Origin: a virus
Direction: 5' to 3' (one strand)
Virus record (IMG/VR): IMGVR_UViG_3300010413_000055
Coordinates: 1-48,442 of that record
Length of the DNA stretch: 48,442 bases
In this document: in pieces, positions 42,930 through 48,442 of the stretch
How the letters are laid out: each line of letters starts with the position of its first letter
Numbering within the stretch: position 1 is the first letter of the stretch
Translations under genes and position numbers: made by a program
The notes under the pieces: generated by a model
What the model was told of the DNA's origin: nothing
Seen by the model: the letters and a program-made list of their open reading frames with translations, nothing else
Databases searched by the model: none

Positions 42930-43071
42930 AGAAATTAAATGGTGGTTCGACCAAGCTGATAGATTGAAGAAACTTGTAAATGCAATCGAAGCTCGCAAAC
43001 AAAAGTATAAACTATACGAATTCCACCTGAATGATTATATCGAGGAGTTGAGAGATGACAGACTTTACTAA
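42916..43071 (+). CDS. 51-aa helical mini-protein
   Basis: AAGGAGG RBS; replaces the antisense track ORF 42798..42998. Confidence 0.5.
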   Translation: MTVDEEIKWWFDQADRLKKLVNAIEARKQKYKLYEFHLNDYIEELRDDRLY

Positions 43072-43357
43072 AGGGGAATGGGGTATTATTAAGGATGGGA
43101 TCAAAACTTACTGGGTTATTGCCAAAACAAAGCCTTTACCTACCATTGTCAGCATGATTGTAAGGCTCAAAGAAGAAGAGGAAGAAGCTAATGCACACCT
43201 TATCTCGGCGTCGCCTGATATGTATGAGGCACTTGAGCTACTACTAAAATACGCTATGATACACACAGTAACAGGAGTTATTTATCCAGAAGGTACTCAC
43301 GAAGAAGGAATACGAAATGCCATTAACGCACTTAAGAAAGCAAGAGGTGAACTATGA
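43055..43357 (+). CDS. 100-aa hypothetical protein
   Basis: GAGGAG RBS. Confidence 0.65.
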   Translation: MTDFTKGEWGIIKDGIKTYWVIAKTKPLPTIVSMIVRLKEEEEEANAHLISASPDMYEALELLLKYAMIHTVTGVIYPEGTHEEGIRNAINALKKARGEL

Positions 43358-43479
43358 AATGTCAACGATGTAAACAGGAAGCGACTATCATAACTCCCTA
43401 TCCATCCAAACCCAAGAAGAGACAAACCAGGATAGTTGTCTGTCAGTCTTGTTATAAGGAAATGAAGGAGAGAGAATAA
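43354..43479 (+). CDS. 41-aa zinc-ribbon mini-protein (CQRC...CQSC)
   Basis: ATGA coupling. Confidence 0.5.
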   Translation: MKCQRCKQEATIITPYPSKPKKRQTRIVVCQSCYKEMKERE

Positions 43480-43481
43480 CA

Positions 43482-43643
43482 ATGAGTAATAAAAAGTTTT
43501 ATATTTGGTGCGACAAAAACTCTTGGGCAATAATACCAACAATTGAGATACACTTTCCCACCTATCAATATTCAGCACTGTCAGTATGGATAACCATAAT
43601 GTGCTTCTACTTTCAATTCGAGATGTGGGTTAAGGAGAAATAG
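43482..43643 (+). CDS. 53-aa hydrophobic mini-protein, paralogue-like to 1964..2083
   Basis: AAGGAGAGAG RBS. Confidence 0.45.
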   Translation: MSNKKFYIWCDKNSWAIIPTIEIHFPTYQYSALSVWITIMCFYFQFEMWVKEK

Positions 43644-43814
43644 ATGGATAATGAATACTTAACCGCTGATGAGGTTAAAAAACTACTGAGATGCCACTAT
43701 AACACGGTGATTAATATGAGGAAACGCGGCGATCTAACTTACATCAAACCCGGGAAACAATACCTCTACCCATCAAGTCAGTTTATTCCTAAAAGAGAGA
43801 AACAGGAGGATTAA
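43644..43814 (+). CDS. 56-aa excisionase/MerR-type helix-turn-helix DNA-binding protein
   Basis: LTADEVKKLLRCHYNTVINMRKRGDLTYIKPGKQYLY fits the Xis-family HTH pattern. Confidence 0.5.
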   Translation: MDNEYLTADEVKKLLRCHYNTVINMRKRGDLTYIKPGKQYLYPSSQFIPKREKQED

Positions 43815-43948
43815 TGATGAACGGTAGGCAGAGTAAAAAGATGAGACGTGAAGCTAGTAGATTATTTGCCAAGTGGAAATCAGAACTCAATAAGTTGCCA
43901 TTCAGAGAAAGATTAAAACTAGCATGGTTTATAGTTACCAAGACCTAA
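43814..43948 (+). CDS. 44-aa basic mini-protein
   Basis: GGAGGA RBS; last gene before the terminator. Confidence 0.4.
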   Translation: MMNGRQSKKMRREASRLFAKWKSELNKLPFRERLKLAWFIVTKT

Positions 43949-43954
43949 AAGAGA

Positions 43955-43977
43955 GCCGGGATTAATCTCCCGGCTTT
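43955..43977. terminator. Hairpin terminator between convergent blocks
   Basis: GCCGGGA-TTAATC-TCCCGGC followed by TTT; overlaps the stop of the minus-strand gene 43962..44225. Confidence 0.6.
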
Positions 43978-44225
43978 ACCTCTTCATCAGGTATTATAAC
44001 TACCCAAACTTTACCATTACCCTTTGCAGGTATTTGAAGCGTGTCACCGTCCTTAAATTCAATTAATCTACCTTCCTTCTTAAACAACTCCATAATCTTC
44101 TGCGATGCTGCGCAATATGGACACTCAGTATCTATTGGGTCGCGAAAGTAATCACATAGTATATCCGCAATCTTATCCGTGATATCAGTATTCATTCCTT
44201 CACCTCTTCTAATAGTGATTGCCAC
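43962..44225 (-). CDS. 87-aa hypothetical protein
   Basis: ORF only. Confidence 0.55.
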   Translation of the reverse strand: MAITIRRGEGMNTDITDKIADILCDYFRDPIDTECPYCAASQKIMELFKKEGRLIEFKDGDTLQIPAKGNGKVWVVIIPDEEVKPGD

Positions 44226-44461
44226 AAATCCTCATCAATACATATGACTACAGGCGTTTTACCATGCTGCGGAATATGCTGAGGTTCAGCGAACGCCTCT
44301 TTACCAAGTAACTCAACCACTTTCTTTAATTGAGCACGGACTATATTCCTAAACCAGTCATCCTCAGCACCACAATCACAGCATTCCCATATATGACCCT
44401 CTTTCCAGTATAATAAATTTGCAGCATTACATATTTCTTCGTCAGTTAATAGAATACCCAT
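44192..44461 (-). CDS. 89-aa hypothetical protein
   Basis: ORF with GGAGGTAATG-type RBS. Confidence 0.6.
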   Translation of the reverse strand: MGILLTDEEICNAANLLYWKEGHIWECCDCGAEDDWFRNIVRAQLKKVVELLGKEAFAEPQHIPQHGKTPVVICIDEDLWQSLLEEVKE

Positions 44462-44492
44462 TTATACATTACCTCCATTACTTATCTACATA

Positions 44493-45380
44493 CTAATCGG
44501 CATCCATGATGTTTACGTAGTTCACACCACCTACCAGTGAGTATGTCCACTCTTTTCCTTTAGGGCTAACAGTCACACCATCAGCCCAGTTCTTCCCAAC
44601 AACCAGTTTAGCTGAGTTAGATTCCAATGCCACCGCTATCCTAGCTTTCTCCAACATACCTTCACCACCTCGGGGATAATCAATACCAAAACTTTTCTGA
44701 CAAGCTATGAATGCTACTCCATTCTCTAATTTATCATATATCTTGCGAATCAATCCCACACCTTGATAGTATTCGCTGTCAGTTCCGCCAAGCTCTAAGA
44801 AATCAATGAGATTTAAACCGTTAGGGTCAATAACTTCATCAAAATCATACGACCTTTCATAAGCCTCAATAGCCCACTCATCTAAGGCAATACCCTTGAC
44901 CTTAGACAACCTTTCAGCAAGCTCGGCATCTACCATCTCACTAGAAAAGTAAAGAGTCCTATGCTTCCTCATGTTCATCCTGGCAATATTGATAAGAAAA
45001 GCACTCTTGCCAGCATCCTTCGTCCCCATCACAATACCGATATTCTTTCTATGAAGATAACAATACTTGTGAATACCGAAAGGCAACTCTAACTCAAACC
45101 TGCTTCTATCAGCATTGAGGAAATTTATCCGGGTAAGACTATCATCAATGAATTTGAAACCCTTGCCGTTTCTTACTACACGATCCCTCTTCTTGTTTAC
45201 CGTAGTCCAGTTATAAAGTACATCATTTATCGCTTTCCTAAAGGAAGCGTGGTTCGACATCGTAGGACTGACATTACACATCTTGTATATCTCATCCCGA
45301 GTCAATGTCTCGCCCTTAACCATCGGAAGTATCTCCAATAGTTTATCGGAAGCTCTGTCGTATAATCCTTTCTCAGGCAT
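44493..45380 (-). CDS. RecA-fold P-loop replication protein (DnaB-C/RepA-like helicase or initiator)
   Basis: Walker A GTKDAGKS; Walker B-like LNLIDFLE; directly downstream of the iteron array. Confidence 0.55.
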   Translation of the reverse strand: MPEKGLYDRASDKLLEILPMVKGETLTRDEIYKMCNVSPTMSNHASFRKAINDVLYNWTTVNKKRDRVVRNGKGFKFIDDSLTRINFLNADRSRFELELPFGIHKYCYLHRKNIGIVMGTKDAGKSAFLINIARMNMRKHRTLYFSSEMVDAELAERLSKVKGIALDEWAIEAYERSYDFDEVIDPNGLNLIDFLELGGTDSEYYQGVGLIRKIYDKLENGVAFIACQKSFGIDYPRGGEGMLEKARIAVALESNSAKLVVGKNWADGVTVSPKGKEWTYSLVGGVNYVNIMDAD

Positions 45381-45381
45381 A

Positions 45382-45493
45382 AATACTAAGAATTTTCAGC
45401 AAAATACTAAGAATCGACTAAGACTTATAAGAATACTAAGTTTACTAAGAATACTAAGACCCATGACTAGATGTACTAAGATTACTAAGTATT
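45382..45493 (+). repeat. Iteron array: 8 exact ACTAAG cores (4 as AATACTAAG), all in the same orientation
   Basis: Cores at 45385, 45406, 45417, 45435, 45444, 45453, 45475 and 45484, counted by hand. Confidence 0.85.
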
Positions 45494-45516
45494 GTGCCTA
45501 CCGTTCCTTTACCTCC

Positions 45517-45565
45517 TTTATGAAATCTTTATGAATTATTTATGAAATCTTTATAACTTTATGTC
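45517..45565 (+). repeat. AT-rich TTTATGAA repeats with 11-bp phasing (DNA-unwinding/bending element candidate)
   Basis: Copies at 45517, 45528 and 45539, degenerate at 45550 and 45558. Confidence 0.7.
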
Positions 45566-45574
45566 TTACAAGTG

Positions 45575-45605
45575 TTGATTTATTCTTGGAGGTGTATGCT
45601 ATAAT
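45575..45605 (+). promoter_or_regulatory. Possible extended -10 promoter (TTGATT - 19 nt - TGCTATAAT) pointing antisense into 45666..45974
   Basis: Read directly; the spacer is long, so it would rely on the TGn element. Confidence 0.3.
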
Positions 45606-45665
45606 TAACTTAGTTATTTCGTACCTCTCAGTAAAGAAATAAATAAAGAGAGGGTATTTTGTGCC

Positions 45666-45974
45666 TTAAAACGGCACATCAAAATTACCCTTCATAGACT
45701 TAATCTTTTTATCTACGTAGGCTATTAATTCTCTCCTAAGATTCCCTAACTCTTTTCCTTGAAGAGTAATGATTTTCTCTGTTACATGGATTTCTTCGAC
45801 AGGTGAGGAACTTTCAGCACTCATGGAAACGTTTTCCATTAACGCATTAGTCAATCCTTCGATTTGATAAGCAGGATTCTTCAATGCTCGATAATGCCAC
45901 TTCTCTAATTCAGCGTGTGTGCTGGACATCGCTTCTATCCTCGCATCATATGCTTCAAGCTCTTTATCATCCAT
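45666..45974 (-). CDS. 102-aa coiled-coil hypothetical protein
   Basis: ORF only. Confidence 0.6.
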   Translation of the reverse strand: MDDKELEAYDARIEAMSSTHAELEKWHYRALKNPAYQIEGLTNALMENVSMSAESSSPVEEIHVTEKIITLQGKELGNLRRELIAYVDKKIKSMKGNFDVPF

Positions 45975-46080
45975 GATTTTCCTCCAGGCGTTCTACCTGC
46001 ATCCTGAGAGTCGTAATCCTTTCTTCGGGTGATAGGATGTCTATCTCCACAGAAACCTCCTCATTACCGAGTTTTCTCAT
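45967..46080 (-). CDS. 37-aa mini-protein
   Basis: ATGGATGA coupling to the downstream gene; weak RBS. Confidence 0.35.
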   Translation of the reverse strand: MRKLGNEEVSVEIDILSPEERITTLRMQVERLEENHG

Positions 46081-46088
46081 GGGTTATC

Positions 46089-46241
46089 CTATTTCTTGTT
46101 GTTTCTGCCGTTGATAGCATACCAGACAGTTGTAATCGAACAGTCGAACTTCTCAGCTAGTTCCTTGAGTGTCCAGCCCGGCATACTCTCGTAGGTCGCC
46201 TTGATTCTCTGGTTACGCCATTTGACTTTTACTCTCTTCAT
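46089..46241 (-). CDS. 50-aa helix-turn-helix regulator, probably translated from a leaderless mRNA
   Basis: WTLKELAEKFDCSITTVWYAING HTH. ATG 46241 lies 7 nt downstream of a TAGAAT -10 box. The longer track ORF (to 46289) would contain its own promoter. Confidence 0.55.
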   Translation of the reverse strand: MKRVKVKWRNQRIKATYESMPGWTLKELAEKFDCSITTVWYAINGRNNKK

Positions 46242-46248
46242 GGTTATT

Positions 46249-46277
46249 ATTCTAGAACATCCGAGATTATTTGTCAA
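46249..46277 (-). promoter_or_regulatory. Near-consensus sigma70 promoter, leftward (TTGACA - 17 nt - TAGAAT)
   Basis: Reverse complement of 46272-46277 and 46249-46254. Confidence 0.65.
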
Positions 46278-46319
46278 TATTTTTTTCACTTATCTTTCCA
46301 TTCAAGGCTAAAATAACTA

Positions 46320-46347
46320 TTGACTTTTCACAATATAGGCGTATAAT
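46320..46347 (+). promoter_or_regulatory. Near-consensus sigma70 promoter, rightward (TTGACT - 16 nt - TATAAT)
   Basis: Read directly; back-to-back with the leftward promoter, 42 nt between the -35 boxes. Confidence 0.7.
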
Positions 46348-46353
46348 AGAGGT

Positions 46354-46816
46354 ATACCTTAACAATAGAATATCGGCTGGTGTTGACTGAGTTTGTACAA
46401 AGGTTGATGTGTAGCGATGAAAGGCTGCAACGATTGGCTAGACCGGCGGAAAGGAGCCATGACCATTTGATTCTGTCGGCCACGGGTTAGAATCCCGTAC
46501 ACCAGCTAAATACCGGATGCCGAAGTTTAGTGCGAGTAAGTCCCGGGCTCCGGGCATACCACTGGCTACCATCCGGTATAGGGAAGTGGGGTGAAACTAA
46601 TACTACACTACTGGTATCGTAATGCGGTTTATCGGGAGTAGCCCCACTTCCTGAGAACATTAATAATTGAGTGAGGACGGTGGCGGAATAGACGGATAAA
46701 GTAGACGCTATGAGGCGGTAAGTGGTAGCAAGCCTCAGTGTGGATACCAGCACATCTAGGGTGACAACCGGAAATCCCTAGACGTCCTCCCTGAGTTATT
46801 AATACTGGAGGTTAGA
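46354..46816 (+). ncRNA. Candidate large structured RNA or structured 5' leader (~460 nt), class unknown
   Basis: No plus-strand ORF of 60 aa or more. Visibly higher G+C than its flanks. At least six helices of 6-10 bp: 46376-83/46499-506, 46482-86/46494-98, 46510-19/46570-79, 46582-91/46642-51, 46711-16/46732-37 and 46755-61/46776-82. A possible long-range pair joins 46611-18 and 46743-50. Confidence 0.5.
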
Positions 46817-47062
46817 ATGATTGAGGAAGAAATCGCACAGATAATATATCAAAGTAGCGGTACAAGCCTTGAGTGGATTCAGGTTAAGGATCATTACACA
46901 AATACCACCAAATCAATAGTTGACATCATAAGAGCTAAGATAGCAGAGGTAGAGAATCCATATAGTGGTGCGAGTGAAACTTTTAGCCCACGTCAAGATG
47001 CTTATGAAAGGTGCCGCCAAACCTTACTCGCTCTATTCGATACCGATAAGGAGGTAAAGTAA
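46817..47062 (+). CDS. 81-aa hypothetical protein
   Basis: GGAGG RBS. Confidence 0.65.
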   Translation: MIEEEIAQIIYQSSGTSLEWIQVKDHYTNTTKSIVDIIRAKIAEVENPYSGASETFSPRQDAYERCRQTLLALFDTDKEVK

Positions 47063-47063
47063 A

Positions 47064-47279
47064 ATGATTTGTCCGTTAAAGATTGATTACACTAGATGCC
47101 ACACAGATGAAGTGCCCGATACTACGGAATATGTTTATCAAAAGTGCGTAGGTAGCGAATGCCCCCTATGGGTGAAAGGCAAGAGAGCGACATCCACATT
47201 TCAAGGAGATACGCCCATGATGACTGTTGAGCCTTTCGGTGAATGTGCCATCAAGACTATAGCGGAGAGGTTGAAATGA
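47064..47279 (+). CDS. 71-aa Cys-containing hypothetical protein
   Basis: AAGGAGG RBS. Confidence 0.6.
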   Translation: MICPLKIDYTRCHTDEVPDTTEYVYQKCVGSECPLWVKGKRATSTFQGDTPMMTVEPFGECAIKTIAERLK

Positions 47280-47656
47280 ATAGACCAATAAAGTTTCGCT
47301 ATAGATACGAGCAAACAAACAAATTAACCGGAGAGAAAATAATAGTTACTCGTATTTATGATATGAGCCAAATAGAAGATGGTATAGCTAAGGTATATTT
47401 CGACTGCGAAAAACTAATATCACGAGACGAGTTTACCGGACTCCATGATAAGAACGGAAAGGAAATATTTGAAGGGGATATCCTATGTACACCTGATGAG
47501 GAAAATGAATATTATTACAGCAAGGTTATCTGGGGTGACGAGATAGCAGGTTGGGCTACGAGTACAAATAATTTCATCGAACCACTTAGCGAACTCATAG
47601 AAGAACAGCCAGAAATAATCGGCGATATCTTCACCACACCCGAACTACTGGATTAA
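47276..47656 (+). CDS. YopX-family protein
   Basis: MNRPIKFRYRY...FTGLHDKNGKEIFEGDIL...VIWGDEIAGWA; start moved to ATG 47276 (ATGA coupling, GGAGAGG RBS). Confidence 0.65.
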   Translation: MNRPIKFRYRYEQTNKLTGEKIIVTRIYDMSQIEDGIAKVYFDCEKLISRDEFTGLHDKNGKEIFEGDILCTPDEENEYYYSKVIWGDEIAGWATSTNNFIEPLSELIEEQPEIIGDIFTTPELLD

Positions 47657-47678
47657 GCTATTAAAAAGGTGATGAAAG

Positions 47679-47798
47679 ATGAAAATTGACTGTAGAATCC
47701 GCATACCTCAATGTGAATCAAAAGACTGTAAGACCTGTATGAGATTGTTGAGTAAGCGAAGTAAGAAAGTAAAGCATACAGAGAATAGGGTGGTATGA
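47679..47798 (+). CDS. 39-aa Cys-rich basic mini-protein (C..C..C..C)
   Basis: AAGGTGA RBS; replaces the antisense track ORF 47653..47859. Confidence 0.4.
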   Translation: MKIDCRIRIPQCESKDCKTCMRLLSKRSKKVKHTENRVV

Positions 47799-48043
47799 TG
47801 TTAATGGATTTAAATAAAATAAAACTTGGCGTAGCTGCACTAAGCGGGGAGATATACATTTATCGGCATGGCAAGAATGAAGAAATAGTACTAGATAAAA
47901 GAAATGTCACCGGGGAAGTGATGAAGGTGGTTACTGAATATATACTTGAAGGAATGCCTACCGGAGCTACTTTGAATTACAACATCGGTGACAAAACATA
48001 CGAAATGACTGTCAAACCAGTAGATGATTCAAAAGCTGAGTAA
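47795..48043 (+). CDS. 82-aa hypothetical protein
   Basis: ATGA coupling. Confidence 0.6.
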   Translation: MMLMDLNKIKLGVAALSGEIYIYRHGKNEEIVLDKRNVTGEVMKVVTEYILEGMPTGATLNYNIGDKTYEMTVKPVDDSKAE

Positions 48044-48073
48044 ATCTAAGAAGCATGAAAGTAATAAGGTGGT

Positions 48074-48295
48074 GTGATGGAGAGTTACCTTTTCCTTAAA
48101 GAACGTGAATCGCAAAATTGGTTCTTCAGTCATATATTGCCGAGAGATAGATTTAAGGATGGTCGCAAGGTAAAGTACCTAGTACAAACTTATATTTACC
48201 CAAAGCCAGAAAATGTGTCACCGTTCATCGAAGCACATAAAATAATAAAAGCAGAATCGGAGGAAGAAGCATGGCAGAACTTAAATTTGAAATAG
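48074..48295 (+). CDS. 73-aa hypothetical protein
   Basis: AAGGTGG RBS. Confidence 0.6.
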   Translation: MMESYLFLKERESQNWFFSHILPRDRFKDGRKVKYLVQTYIYPKPENVSPFIEAHKIIKAESEEEAWQNLNLK

Positions 48296-48442
48296 GGGAA
48301 GCACAGATACAGAATGCGATTGCGGTTGCAATTACCCAGGCATTCTCACCGGAGAAAAACGCACAAGTTGTACGAGATGTTGTGCGAGCGCACCTTAACC
48401 ACAAAGAAAACTCTTACGATAAGGAAACTTTGCTCAGTAAAT
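48271..48442 (+). CDS. 5' part of the junction-spanning gene (continues at base 1, stop at 341)
   Basis: ATG 48271 ([23 protein letters not shown]...) with GGAGGAAGAAGC upstream; frame open to the window end. Confidence 0.65.
   Translation, partial: MAELKFEIGEAQIQNAIAVAITQAFSPEKNAQVVRDVVRAHLNHKENSYDKETLLSK
48299..48442. repeat. Right copy of the 144-bp exact direct repeat
   Basis: Identical to 1..144. Confidence 0.95.

Noticed and set aside
43644-43814. Excisionase-like HTH as evidence of a temperate, integrating lifestyle
   Set aside because: I saw no integrase, recombinase or att-like repeat anywhere in the genome. Xis-family HTH folds are also used as plain DNA-binding regulators.
45382-45493. 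CRISPR array
   Set aside because: The repeats are only 6-12 bp with 3-16 bp between them, with no spacer-sized unique segments and no cas genes. The pattern is an iteron pattern.
45283-45534. 83-aa plus-strand ORF spanning the iterons
   Set aside because: Its reading frame is created by the ACTAAG repeats themselves (repetitive TKNT/LRIL peptide). It is antisense to the replication gene start and has no RBS.
45658-45680. GTGCC-N7-GGCAC hairpin at the stop of gene 45666..45974 as a terminator
   Set aside because: It is only a 5-bp stem, and on the minus strand it is followed by an A-run rather than a U-tract.
46377-46506. Possible tRNA gene (acceptor stem plus T-arm)
   Set aside because: It is 130 nt long, with no D-arm (no GG/AGC pattern) and no identifiable anticodon arm. 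The T-loop has A at the universally conserved C56 position. It is reported only as a tRNA-like module.
46530-46560. GAGTAAGTCCCGGGCTCC resembles the RNase P RNA CR-I/P4 5' strand (GAGGAAAGUCCGGGCUCC). GGGGTGAAAC and GGTAGCAAGCC loosely resemble CR-II and CR-III.
   Set aside because: I could not find the obligatory P4 3' strand (ACAGAA..CCGGCUUA type) able to pair with AAGTCC. The nearest candidate, ACAACCGGAAAT at 46764-46775, does not base-pair. The CCCGG-GCT-CCGGG segment instead folds locally, so this is not called RNase P RNA.
46487-46753. 88-aa minus-strand track ORF across the structured-RNA region
   Set aside because: It has no RBS and runs against a near-consensus plus-strand promoter. 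Its Ser/Thr/Leu/Pro-rich sequence looks like junk, as expected for an ORF antisense to a G+C-rich structured segment.

Overview
The window is a complete, circularly closing dsDNA tailed-phage genome. Bases 1-144 recur exactly at 48299-48442, so the unique length is 48,298 bp, and one gene (48271 -> 341) runs across the junction. There are four transcription blocks. (1) A long minus-strand late block (39625 -> 4101) carries small ORFs, large terminase, portal, scaffold, major capsid, tail/tailspike proteins and an XhlA-like protein. (2) A plus-strand block holds about 20 mini-genes (39763-43948). (3) A minus-strand replication/regulation block (46241 -> 43962) has an iteron-type origin at 45382-45565. 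(4) A plus-strand early block (46817 -> wrap -> 4180) encodes YopX, an HNH nuclease and a metallophosphoesterase. I saw no tape-measure or tail-tube gene (podovirus-like), no integrase, tRNA or CRISPR, and no recognisable endolysin. Two things stand out. First, about 17 sugar-nucleotide, glycosyltransferase and radical-SAM genes sit as three blocks inside the head-tail morphogenesis operon. They include NeuB/NeuA-like nonulosonic-acid genes, a GDP-6-deoxy-sugar/heptose-like set, a miniaturised split TPP enzyme, a methyltransferase, a GT2 fused to a sialyltransferase/Maf-like domain, a GT75/RGP-like protein and an rSAM-SPASM enzyme. I read this as a candidate virion-glycosylation system, with S/T/N-rich head-associated proteins and a recurrent GGGG-T/N motif as possible targets. 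Second, a ~460-nt ORF-free, G+C-enriched, helix-rich RNA candidate is transcribed from a near-consensus promoter at 46320-46347. All functional calls come from motif recognition by eye and memory of protein families; no search was run.
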